A stretch of DNA of 32,000 nucleotides from Candidatus Harpocratesius repetitus (lineage in GTDB: Archaea; Asgardarchaeota; Lokiarchaeia; Sigyniarchaeales; Promethearchaeaceae). Under the pieces are notes generated by a model, which made no database searches, was not told where the DNA came from, and saw nothing but the letters and a program-made list of their open reading frames with translations. Location of the stretch: positions 570,001 to 602,000 of the forward strand of contig JAIZWK010000001.1 of the NCBI GenBank assembly GCA_021498095.1, read 5' to 3'. A program made the position numbers and the translations under genes. This document shows, one piece after another, positions 19,200 through 28,248 of this stretch. Position 1 is the stretch's first letter, and each line of letters starts with the position of its first letter.

Positions 19200-20654
19200 T
19201 TAAATAAAATTTGATTTTCTAGCGATATTAGTTTGACTTAAAAATCGTTTTGCAGCTTGCTGAAGGTAAAGTAATTCCTCTCGCTCTTTTCTTGGAACTT
19301 TATCAGGAGAAATGGCCAAAATTTTCTCTGCTTCTCGTCTTTGTCGTTCTATTGTTTCATATTCTGTCAATTTATACTCATCTTCGCTAACATATTTCAA
19401 ACCCATATCATATAACCGCCATTTAACTAAAAATGGAGAGAGCTCCTTTTTGGATAAGAAATTTCCTTTTTTTTTTTCTTGAACTTCGTAGGAATAAAAT
19501 TCAGGGATGATATCTTCCATAAGAACATTATCTAATTCTTGAGCAAATTCATTTTTAAATTCAAGAAAGGTGCGATATGTACCTTGAATTGGGTTTTCTT
19601 CTTGTAAATTAGAATGAGTATGGATAACTTTCAAATCAGAGTTTGTTGGGACTAAAATGGTTCTAGAAATTCGAGGACGAAGAAAATATTTAAAATTTAT
19701 TGGTGTATTTGGAGGAATATCTTTTAGATGAAACGTAAATTCAAGCCCTTGTTGACGTAGTACTTTTTTATAAGATATTTTAGCTTTTATTTTTGAAACT
19801 ATTTTTGGAGCAATGTTGGATACTATTTTTAAAAATACTTTGGAAAAACGATTGGGAGAAGATTTTTTCGATTCTCCATTAATTTCCACCTCTAAAACTT
19901 CAAAATTATATGGAATGATGTCTTGAATAAAGGCATTTTCAATTGGATCATCATCTGTTGCCTTAAAATTGAGTGAAAATTCTGCTGTATACTCTGCTTT
20001 CATTGAATTATAAGAATCTTTCTCAGTAATTTTATTCAGAATAATATTTGATTGATTGTGTAACGGAAAAGTTTTACCTGATTGAAGTTGAATAACCCCT
20101 GAACGCGAAATTTCTCTACTTTGCATAACTCGATGAGTTTCAAAGAGTTTATCTGAATCAATGATTATATTTTCTAGTTGTAAACCATCTATCTCTAGTT
20201 CTTCCAAGGGAATTGTAGTCATGTATGGCGCAATATCTTCATCAATATTGATTTTTTTTTCTAATTCTAAAATAATCTGATTTACTTTTTTGATTTCGGC
20301 CCATTTTTGTTTATTTATTCGTTGTTGGGTCTTTTGAAGTTGTTGTAATAAAATAGAATATTTATTATCTACTTTGGAATTCTTGAATTGTGATTGCAGT
20401 GAAATTAAAGCTTTACAATTCATCAAAGCGGCGAGATATTCTTCATTGTTAATACAATCGTGGAGTAAATGATCAAGTTCAGTAATAAGTTGTTCTTGAT
20501 TTAAACGATAAAATTCTTTTTCAAGCTTGCTCAATCTGTCAAAAAATGGTTTATTTATGAGAGAATTCCCAGAATTTGAATCATCCTTAAACATCTTTGA
20601 AATTTTTGATTTATTATTAAGAGAAATTCTAGGTTGTTCTGACATTTGATTCAT
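19200..20654 (-). CDS. Hypothetical protein: helical N-region plus two DUF11-like beta-sandwich repeats
   Basis: 484-aa ORF with two similar segments, FSLNFKATDDDPIENAFIQDIIPYNFEV and FLEFKNEFAQELDNVLMEDIIPEFYSYEV. Starts 11 bp after the upstream stop; ATG 20645 is an alternative start. The fold call is an inference. Confidence 0.65.
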   Translation of the reverse strand: MNQMSEQPRISLNNKSKISKMFKDDSNSGNSLINKPFFDRLSKLEKEFYRLNQEQLITELDHLLHDCINNEEYLAALMNCKALISLQSQFKNSKVDNKYSILLQQLQKTQQRINKQKWAEIKKVNQIILELEKKINIDEDIAPYMTTIPLEELEIDGLQLENIIIDSDKLFETHRVMQSREISRSGVIQLQSGKTFPLHNQSNIILNKITEKDSYNSMKAEYTAEFSLNFKATDDDPIENAFIQDIIPYNFEVLEVEINGESKKSSPNRFSKVFLKIVSNIAPKIVSKIKAKISYKKVLRQQGLEFTFHLKDIPPNTPINFKYFLRPRISRTILVPTNSDLKVIHTHSNLQEENPIQGTYRTFLEFKNEFAQELDNVLMEDIIPEFYSYEVQEKKKGNFLSKKELSPFLVKWRLYDMGLKYVSEDEYKLTEYETIERQRREAEKILAISPDKVPRKEREELLYLQQAAKRFLSQTNIARKSNFI

Positions 20655-20665
20655 TCCTGTTAATA

Positions 20666-22360
20666 TTATTGAAGATTTACGTCAACGGAACTAAAATCGA
20701 GATTTGCAAGAATCTGGGAGAAATTTGAAAATATTGATACATTTCCGCTAAAATTCTCAATATATACCTCATATGTTTCATAAAATTTTTGATTTATGAT
20801 TTTCAAAATTTGCTGAATTTGCTTTTCAGGAGTTGAATATAATGAACGTCCTAAAATGTAAAGATTTTCCCGAGGTTCTACATATATAGTATAACGGTTA
20901 TTACCAATTACAAATGAATTTAATGAATCTTCTGCAATTTCTTGTGAAATTGACTGGAGAGCACTCACAAATCCTCCAAACAGTGAAGGATTTATATCCA
21001 TATCGGGATGGAAGGAAAAGAGTTCAATCCCTGTTTGCGTAAAAATCCACAAATCTTTTAAGGGCCCTGTTGACTTAGTCGATATAAGATTAGGCGATTG
21101 AATATTTATTTTAGCTTCTTCAAATTTTTTCTGATAATATTCTTGGTTATCCTTATCTTGAATTTGAGCATATATTTGTACGATAAGTGAAAGAGTATTT
21201 AATTCTTCTTGAATAGTAATTTCTTTTTTTTGGTATGTATTTAGCGCAGTAAATAACTGTTTTAATGCTGAATCATATTCTTCCAAATGAAATAGGGCAT
21301 TTCCAAGCGAATATTGAAATTCTGCAATCACATCTTGATCTATATATACGTACTGGCTGAATAATTCAAGCGTATGGAAAAGAAGGGAGATAATTTCTTG
21401 ATAACGATTTAAGGATTCATAGTAATGCACCAAATTGCGAATAAGAGATATCATTTTTGGAAAATCATGTAATTCTTCAGTTATTTCTATTGCTTTTTGC
21501 AAATAATGTATTTGTAAAGTTGAATCTCGGAGAAATCCATAAATATTGGCAATTATCCGGAATATCTCAACTTGATTGGCTTTTTCTTCCAATCTTTCCC
21601 ATATTTCGATAGACTTAAGATAATATTCTATTGATTGATTAATTCTATGATTAAATTGATCTCTGTGAAAAATCTCAAATCCTTGCTGTTTAATTTCTTG
21701 GAGATTAAACGAAAAAAATCCATTCCCAATTTCTGCATAAATCTGGGCTAATTGGGCAAAATCACTTCGTTTTTTCTGACTATTCACATTATTTTGCCCC
21801 ATGCTCTGATTTGAATGAAGAATTGCCTTAGTAGCTTGAATTAATAAAATTATTCCATCTTCATAATTCTTTAGGTGAATTAATGAACGACCTGTAAAAA
21901 TAATCAAATGGATCGAGTTAATATATTGAGAATTTTCAGGGGTTAACTTTTTAAAAAATTCTACAGCATCTGAATAGTGTTCAAGTTTATACTGGAGAAA
22001 TCCCATATTAAAGATCGCTTGCTGCCAATATTGGGGGCTATTTAACTTACTAGCCATAAATTCAACTGTTTGAAAATGAAGGAATGCTTCACTGTAGCGG
22101 TTCATCTGCATGTAAATATTTCCAAGTAAATATTCACATTCTAAAACTAATTTGGCTTGATTTTCAGATTGGAATTTTGATAGGGCATGTTGAATAGGGT
22201 TAAGTGCGAGCTTCCATTTCTTACTCTTATAATATGCAATTCCTCGCTTTAAATCAGATACCGCTGTAGTTAATGAATAATGGGGATCTAATTGAATAGG
22301 GGCATTTTGTAGGTTCATTTTCGATTGTTGATAAGGAAGAGATTGTTCTGAATTTTCCAT
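20666..22360 (-). CDS. TPR-repeat protein with C-terminal longin-like domain
   Basis: TPRs such as EYLLGNIYMQMNRYSEAFLHF and QYSLGNALFHLEEYDSALKQL. C-terminal DLWIFTQTGIELFSF...PSLFGGFVSALQSIS...FSGNVSIFSNF. Confidence 0.82.
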   Translation of the reverse strand: MENSEQSLPYQQSKMNLQNAPIQLDPHYSLTTAVSDLKRGIAYYKSKKWKLALNPIQHALSKFQSENQAKLVLECEYLLGNIYMQMNRYSEAFLHFQTVEFMASKLNSPQYWQQAIFNMGFLQYKLEHYSDAVEFFKKLTPENSQYINSIHLIIFTGRSLIHLKNYEDGIILLIQATKAILHSNQSMGQNNVNSQKKRSDFAQLAQIYAEIGNGFFSFNLQEIKQQGFEIFHRDQFNHRINQSIEYYLKSIEIWERLEEKANQVEIFRIIANIYGFLRDSTLQIHYLQKAIEITEELHDFPKMISLIRNLVHYYESLNRYQEIISLLFHTLELFSQYVYIDQDVIAEFQYSLGNALFHLEEYDSALKQLFTALNTYQKKEITIQEELNTLSLIVQIYAQIQDKDNQEYYQKKFEEAKINIQSPNLISTKSTGPLKDLWIFTQTGIELFSFHPDMDINPSLFGGFVSALQSISQEIAEDSLNSFVIGNNRYTIYVEPRENLYILGRSLYSTPEKQIQQILKIINQKFYETYEVYIENFSGNVSIFSNFSQILANLDFSSVDVNLQ

Positions 22361-22554
22361 TTTTTACACTACGTTGTTGAATATAGGAATATTTTTTATT
22401 CAAATTAAATATTCAAACAAATTATTCCATAATTATTATCATTTGATGAGTACCCATCTGATTATTAATAATTATTGGGCATCAGTAATTGTAAGGTTTA
22501 ATTGTAAAAAAGAATAGTAAAAATTTATTTAGCGATCCATACCAACTATCTTAT

Positions 22555-24063
22555 ATGACTGATTTAAGTAGTTTTAAAGAATTAGAAGCGCGCATTTCAG
22601 ATATTTTGCATCTTGGATATGCCACTTCAATTCTTGCATGGGATATGCGTACCTATATGCCTAAGCAAGGGATTATGCAACGTGGAACAGCACTATCTAT
22701 TTTACAAAAATTAATTCATGACAAATTCACAAATCCTAAAATGGGAGAATTGCTAAAAGCAAGTAAATCCATTCCAAATTTGACACCAGCTCAAATTCGT
22801 GAATTAGAATTATTTGAACGCGATTATCTTCGCGAAACAAAAGTACCCACTGATTTAGTTGGAGAAATATCCAAAAAATCTAGCACAATGGAACGTATAT
22901 GGGTTACCGCTAAACAAAAAAGCGATTTTTCAATGATAAAGAAGGACTTGCAAGAAATGGTTAATTTATTAAAGAAAAGAGCGGAATTTATTGATCCTTC
23001 CCGTGCTGCTTGGGATGTGCTTGCAGATGAATATGAACCAAATGTATCTGCTGATCAAATTACTGCGTTTTTTAACCCTGTTCGTGATGGAACCATTAAA
23101 TTAATTAAAAAATATCGTGTAGCCATTGAAGATTGTCATGATGTTCCAAATCCTTCTCTTTTGGATGCTCCTGCTACTAAGGCTCAATTAATGCAGGTTA
23201 ACGATTTAATTCTTGATTTCTTACAATTGGATCGGAATCGAATACGTGTAGATGAAACTGAACATCCTTTTACTTCTGGAATGCTTGATGACGTGCGGAT
23301 TACAACTCATTATCTGACTGGACAGCCCATGGCTTCTTTTACATCGCTTATGCATGAAGCAGGTCATGGAATGTACGATATGAATCTCCCACGTGATGCA
23401 AAATTTACTCTGCGAGGGCAGCATATGTCAATGGGTATTCATGAATCTCAAAGCAGATTTGTGGAAAATATCATAGGAAAAAACCCTGTGTTCTTGAAAT
23501 ATATTTTCCCCAAACTTCAAAAAATTATCCCTCCATTTGCTGCTTTTAACACAACGGAATTTATTCGTGCTTTAAATTCAATTCAACCCACAAAAATACG
23601 AATTTATGCAGATGAGGTAACCTACAGTTTGCATATTATTCTACGATTTGAAATGGAGCGCGATTTGTTTTCTGGTAAAATTACAGTTGATGAACTTCCT
23701 CAAGTATGGAATGAAAAAATGGAAAAATACTTGCAACAAGAGATACAATCTGATGCTGAAGGGGTTCTGCAAGATACACATTGGTACGCTGGGTTATTCG
23801 GTTATTTTCCTGATTATGCATTAGGTAACTTGTATAACAGTCAAATGCTACATATTATGGAACATCAAATTCCAGATTGGGAAGAACAGTTAAGTCAAGG
23901 AAAATTTGGAGCCATCAAGCAGTGGTTAATAAAAAATGTGCACCAAGTGGGAAATATGTATGATCCCTTACCGTTTATCGAAAAACTCTCAGGAGAACCA
24001 CTTAATCCTCATTATTTCTTGGATTATGCAGAAATGAAATTCGGAAAAATATTTGAATTTTAG
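22555..24063 (+). CDS. M32-family (thermostable) metallocarboxypeptidase
   Basis: HPF, zinc motif HEAGH, GIHESQSRF, IRIYADE, QDTHW and GYFPDYALG. Confidence 0.95.
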   Translation: MTDLSSFKELEARISDILHLGYATSILAWDMRTYMPKQGIMQRGTALSILQKLIHDKFTNPKMGELLKASKSIPNLTPAQIRELELFERDYLRETKVPTDLVGEISKKSSTMERIWVTAKQKSDFSMIKKDLQEMVNLLKKRAEFIDPSRAAWDVLADEYEPNVSADQITAFFNPVRDGTIKLIKKYRVAIEDCHDVPNPSLLDAPATKAQLMQVNDLILDFLQLDRNRIRVDETEHPFTSGMLDDVRITTHYLTGQPMASFTSLMHEAGHGMYDMNLPRDAKFTLRGQHMSMGIHESQSRFVENIIGKNPVFLKYIFPKLQKIIPPFAAFNTTEFIRALNSIQPTKIRIYADEVTYSLHIILRFEMERDLFSGKITVDELPQVWNEKMEKYLQQEIQSDAEGVLQDTHWYAGLFGYFPDYALGNLYNSQMLHIMEHQIPDWEEQLSQGKFGAIKQWLIKNVHQVGNMYDPLPFIEKLSGEPLNPHYFLDYAEMKFGKIFEF

Positions 24064-24517
24064 ATTCAGAAAAAAAAAAGCAGAAACAAAAAGAAGAAGT
24101 GGTTAATAATAAGGTGTTTTTGTTCGAATTCCAGGAGTTTTACTATTAATATCTCGCAAATGATTTTCTAAATCATTTTACAATTGTTTATTTTTTTGCA
24201 ATTGTTTTATGCACTAATTGCAATTAACCCCAACATAAAGATGAATTCGGAGAATGGGTAAAGCATCCATCGCTATATAGTCGCTGTGATGGTGAAATCT
24301 CCACTTCATTTCAGAACGAAAATTTAATTAAATTATTAGATTTGAATATTTCACCATAGATTTTAATTTTCTTGACAGTTGAGAAAAATTTAGTTGCGCT
24401 TTTCAGAGAAATAGGGATTATATGAAATTTTTAATTAATTTTCCAAATTTTCCCCGAATTTGCCTAAAACACATTAACAGATCCTTTTTCTTCATTTCTT
24501 CATTATCGTTACACAAT

Positions 24518-24539
24518 ATTGCGATCATTTTTTCGCAAT
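24518..24539. promoter_or_regulatory. Candidate operator: inverted repeat ATTGCGA-N8-TCGCAAT
   Basis: Perfect 7-bp arms ending 40 bp before the oxidoreductase operon ATG. Function unproven. Confidence 0.35.
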
Positions 24540-24578
24540 TATTTCCTACCAAAACTTGCATTTTGTAAGTGATTTGCT

Positions 24579-25559
24579 ATGTCTGATGATATTAAAAAAG
24601 CGCCCCGTTATTTAATCCGTTTTCATGGACGTGGAGGACAAGGGGCAGTAACGGCAGCACAATTGTGTGCCATGGCATTCAATGGACCTGCAACGTGTAT
24701 GCCTACGTTCGGCGCAGAACGCATGGGTTCGCCAGTTGCATCGTTTGTAAAACTCTCAAAAGACTTTGAAAAGGTCAGAACTAACGAGCAAGTGTATTCG
24801 CCACAATATGTTGCAGTTTTAGATGACACACTGCTATCTGACGTAGATTGCACGGCAGGAATGGTTCCTGGAGGCTATCTAGTAATTAATACCTGCCGCC
24901 CAATCGAAGAAGTAAGGGAAATTATCTCAAAAAATAATCCACCAGCAATTAACATTGCATTAATTGATGCAACCAATATTGCTCTGGAATACTTAGGCCG
25001 AAATATAACCAACACATTAATTTTAGGTGCTTTATTGAAAGTTGCTCCCGAATTATTTACTATCGAACAGCTCTCTGATGCAATTGCAGATCAATTTAAT
25101 CCTAAAATTGCTCAAAAGAATATGGATGCAATAAAAGTTGTTCCTGATGCAACAACTGTTTACCCAGCAGATGGAGATGTTAAAATCTCATATGAAACTG
25201 ACTATAAGAAACAATGGAGTCATGTTAAACCAGATTTAATCGGAGTAAAAGAATGGGATCTTGCAGGAGTATGGTATGTAGATAAAGTGGATGGAGGATC
25301 TAAACGGGTAAACACTGGGGCATGGGGTGTTTCTGTTGCTCAGTATCATCCTGAATACTGCATTCAATGTGGAAATTGTGTATTTGTTTGTCCAGATTTC
25401 TGCATCCTTCGGGAAGAAGTTGACGGAAAATGGCAAGTTGTAGGTGTTGATGAATTCCACTGTAAAGGCTGTGGTAATTGCGTTGCTGTCTGTCCTGGTA
25501 AAAAGGATAAGGAAACTGGTGAAAAGCATAAGGCTTTAACCATGGTGATGAAATGTTAA
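24579..25559 (+). CDS. 2-oxoacid:ferredoxin oxidoreductase (POR/VOR type), fused gamma-delta subunit
   Basis: Gamma motifs IRFHGRGGQGAVTAA and FGAERMGSPV; C-terminal ferredoxin motifs CIQCGNCVFVCP and CKGCGNCVAVCP. Confidence 0.93.
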   Translation: MSDDIKKAPRYLIRFHGRGGQGAVTAAQLCAMAFNGPATCMPTFGAERMGSPVASFVKLSKDFEKVRTNEQVYSPQYVAVLDDTLLSDVDCTAGMVPGGYLVINTCRPIEEVREIISKNNPPAINIALIDATNIALEYLGRNITNTLILGALLKVAPELFTIEQLSDAIADQFNPKIAQKNMDAIKVVPDATTVYPADGDVKISYETDYKKQWSHVKPDLIGVKEWDLAGVWYVDKVDGGSKRVNTGAWGVSVAQYHPEYCIQCGNCVFVCPDFCILREEVDGKWQVVGVDEFHCKGCGNCVAVCPGKKDKETGEKHKALTMVMKC

Positions 25560-25572
25560 GGAGTGAAAAAAA

Positions 25573-26799
25573 ATGTCAGTACAACCAATGAATCCTTTCT
25601 TTAGGGAAATAAAAGAACCAGTCGAATTAACCATGACTGGGAATTATGCTGTTGCTGGGGGCGTTACACAAACCGATCCAGATGTAATTTGTGCTTTTCC
25701 TATCACACCACAGACTCAATCAGTTGAAGGATTATCTGATGTGGTTAATCATGGTAGATTAAAAGCTGCATTTGTAAATGTAGAATCAGAATTAGCTGCA
25801 TGTGCATATAGTACTGCCGCTTGCGCCGCAGGAGCTCGAACCTTTACCGCCACAGCGTCTCAAGGTTTATTGCTTATGACTGAAGCACTTCCTATGGCAC
25901 CCGGTTGGCGAGTACCACTAACAATGTTGATTTCAGCTCGTGCATTTAATTCTCCAAACTTATCAATTTGGAATTCGTGGGAATTTACACTCTTATCAAG
26001 TTTTGGATGGAATTGCATTGTATCGGAAAATGTACAAGAAACATATGATGCATCTATTATTGCCAGTCGAATTGCTGAAGATACTCTCTTTCCGACCCAA
26101 TTTGTACATGATGGATTTATCATTTCCCATAGCGCGCAAAAATTCTTCGCAATCCCAGATGAAGATGTATTAAAGTACACACCGAAAAAACCAAGGCATC
26201 ATGTTAATACTAAACGACCTGGTACATGGGGAAGTATTATTACACCAGATTATTTCATGGAAGCACGACTTGCTTTAGAATTAGAAAAACGCACTGTATT
26301 GGATAAAATGGAAGCTGCTTTTCGTGAGTTTGAAAAAATAACTGGTCGTGCTTATCATTTAATAGAAACATACAATCTTGATAATCCATCTAAGACTGTT
26401 TGTATAACCATGGGTTCAATGGCAGGAAACATTCTTACTTGGATGCAAAACAATAAAGACATCGGGTTAATAAAACTTCGAGCTTGGCGTCCTTTCCCAG
26501 CAGAACAACTACGCAAAATTATAGAAGAACATAACATTGAGAAAATTTTCGTCTTAGAAAAAGATGATGATCTTTCTGGACAATTACCACCAGTAGCTTC
26601 TTCAATAAGTTCTTCTTTGATGGGTTTACCTGTAATTCTTCGCTCTTTTATTGTTGGATTAGGTGGACGAGATGTGACCAAAGATGAGATTGAATTTGCA
26701 GCAAAGAAGATGAAAGATGTGAAAGATAATCAAGGTCGGCTATATGATTATCTCGGAGTTCGAGAATCTAAAGGGAAATTATGGGAGGCGAAGTTTTAA
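25573..26799 (+). CDS. porA: 2-oxoacid:ferredoxin oxidoreductase alpha subunit (PorA-like)
   Basis: TGNYAVA, AFPITPQT (YPITP variant), VESE, TATASQGLLLM, IKLRAWRPFP and GLGGRDVT. SD GGAGTGA. Substrate specificity not determinable. Confidence 0.92.
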   Translation: MSVQPMNPFFREIKEPVELTMTGNYAVAGGVTQTDPDVICAFPITPQTQSVEGLSDVVNHGRLKAAFVNVESELAACAYSTAACAAGARTFTATASQGLLLMTEALPMAPGWRVPLTMLISARAFNSPNLSIWNSWEFTLLSSFGWNCIVSENVQETYDASIIASRIAEDTLFPTQFVHDGFIISHSAQKFFAIPDEDVLKYTPKKPRHHVNTKRPGTWGSIITPDYFMEARLALELEKRTVLDKMEAAFREFEKITGRAYHLIETYNLDNPSKTVCITMGSMAGNILTWMQNNKDIGLIKLRAWRPFPAEQLRKIIEEHNIEKIFVLEKDDDLSGQLPPVASSISSSLMGLPVILRSFIVGLGGRDVTKDEIEFAAKKMKDVKDNQGRLYDYLGVRESKGKLWEAKF

Positions 26800-26814
26800 T
26801 TCGAGGTGATTATT

Positions 26815-27921
26815 ATGACTTTGATAATAAAAATGGATGAATTATTAGCTCGGAAGGAGCGAAATACAGTATTATACATCGGGTACGATAACGAAGCATT
26901 CATGAATACAGGTATTCAAGAAAGTGGAACTACACCTTTTGGTGCATCAACTACAACAGGACCTGGTGGAGAAAAAATTAAAGGAAAAATTGGAATTAAA
27001 GAAGATTATCTTCCGGGATTTACCTTATTAGGTCATAAAAGTGCATACTTTGCTACAGCAAGTGTTGCTTATCCATTAGATTTTATAGGAAAAGTAATGG
27101 ATGCTATGAAAACTCCAGGAGGTGGGTTTATTCAAGTATACGCGCCGTGTCCTCGAGGTTGGCGTCATGATGGTGGCGACACGAATCGTATTGCTAAAAT
27201 CGCGGTTGAATCTGGATATTGGCCACTAATAACTGTTAAAGTTAAGAATGGACAACCAACATATTACTATACAACTGTACCTGGAATGGCAAAACCTGAA
27301 AATGAAGAAGATTTTATTGGAACTGATGATGAAAAATTATTGGAGTTGCTGAAATCTCAAGGAAAATTCCGCCATTTATTAAAACCTGAATTTTTAGAGA
27401 AGAACATTGACGAATTATTCGGACAAATCAAAGCCCGTAATGCGAATTTAAATAATTTACTCCGTCAATTTGGAACGGATGATAGAAAAATTCGTTATTC
27501 AATAATCCACTCCAAAATTCCACCTCAAAAGCATATTAATCCAGGACACGGATTGTGTGGTGGTTGTGGAGCAGGGTTTATGTTGAATCAATTAACTTCA
27601 GCAGCATATATGATTGCAAAAGAGAATATAATCTATGTAAATAACACTTGCTGCGTGGAAGTTTCAACCAGTAAAGATGATGTAACCAGCTGGAATGTTT
27701 CATGGATACATCAACTTTTCGAATCAGGAGCTACAGTCGCAGATGCAATTTCAACTGCCTACCGAATTATGTATAATAAAGGAATTGAAAAAGAAGTTCC
27801 ATATGTAATACATATTGGCGGGGATGGATCTACTGTCAATATTGGGTATCAATTCCTAAAATCTGCCATTGTTCGGGCTTCTGGTTATCAAATTATGAAT
27901 GAAGATTTAAAAATTGAATAA
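26815..27921 (+). CDS. porB: 2-oxoacid:ferredoxin oxidoreductase beta subunit (PorB-like), circularly permuted
   Basis: All PorB motifs present but in swapped order: YDNEAFMNTG and APCPRGW come first; PGHGLCGGCG, TCCVEV and GGDG come last. ATG 26815 follows SD GAGGTGA. Confidence 0.9.
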   Translation: MTLIIKMDELLARKERNTVLYIGYDNEAFMNTGIQESGTTPFGASTTTGPGGEKIKGKIGIKEDYLPGFTLLGHKSAYFATASVAYPLDFIGKVMDAMKTPGGGFIQVYAPCPRGWRHDGGDTNRIAKIAVESGYWPLITVKVKNGQPTYYYTTVPGMAKPENEEDFIGTDDEKLLELLKSQGKFRHLLKPEFLEKNIDELFGQIKARNANLNNLLRQFGTDDRKIRYSIIHSKIPPQKHINPGHGLCGGCGAGFMLNQLTSAAYMIAKENIIYVNNTCCVEVSTSKDDVTSWNVSWIHQLFESGATVADAISTAYRIMYNKGIEKEVPYVIHIGGDGSTVNIGYQFLKSAIVRASGYQIMNEDLKIE

Positions 27922-28108
27922 TTCAAGCAAATAGAATTGAGGATGTTATTTCTTTTTTGCTTTTTTTTATGGTTTTTGTCTTTAAATGTAAATGAATGAT
28001 TTTTCTTTTTCTTCATTTTTTTTACATTCCATACTCTCAATCATAATTTCACCAAAACCTTAAAAATGAAATAATCCATAAATATCCTATCAAGTAAATT
28101 TGCTATAG

Positions 28109-28204
28109 ATGAGAACTATGAGAGAATACCAGCGATTAGTGTACAAATCCAAAAGTTCATTGTTCTTTCTATGGTGCAAATTCATGGCTTGGCATTCGCT
28201 CTAA
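28109..28204 (+). CDS. Putative 31-aa (or 28-aa from 28118) leader ORF with two Trp codons
   Basis: Translates as MRTMREYQRLVYKSKSSLFFLWCKFMAWHSL*; TGG at 28172 and 28190. Below the ORF-track cutoff; may be non-coding. Confidence 0.3.
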   Translation: MRTMREYQRLVYKSKSSLFFLWCKFMAWHSL

Positions 28205-28248
28205 GAGAGCTTAGGATTAAAATTTAAAGTAGAAGCTATCTTAGAGCG
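28197..28248. other. 16-bp inverted repeat (one mismatch, 20-nt loop)
   Basis: CGCTCTAAGAGAGCTT (28197-28212) pairs with AAGCTATCTTAGAGCG (28233-28248) at 15 of 16 positions. Confidence 0.8.

Noticed and set aside
24158-24178. 9-3-9 inverted repeat AAATGATTT-TCT-AAATCATTT
   Set aside because: Almost entirely A/T in an AT-rich spacer; chance occurrence is plausible and no second copy was seen.
24241-24309. SECIS element (ATGA...AAA...GAT)
   Set aside because: The stem after ATGA does not pair in SECIS geometry, and no nearby gene has an in-frame TGA at a Cys-equivalent position.
26815-27921. porB as a pseudogene or truncated fragment
   Set aside because: One uninterrupted frame with SD, all expected motifs present once, and no missing half encoded in the flanks.
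28197-28248. The 16-bp inverted repeat as the ends of an IS or MITE
   Set aside because: Spans only 52 bp, no target-site duplication or transposase is visible, and no second copy occurs in the window. Not excluded genome-wide.
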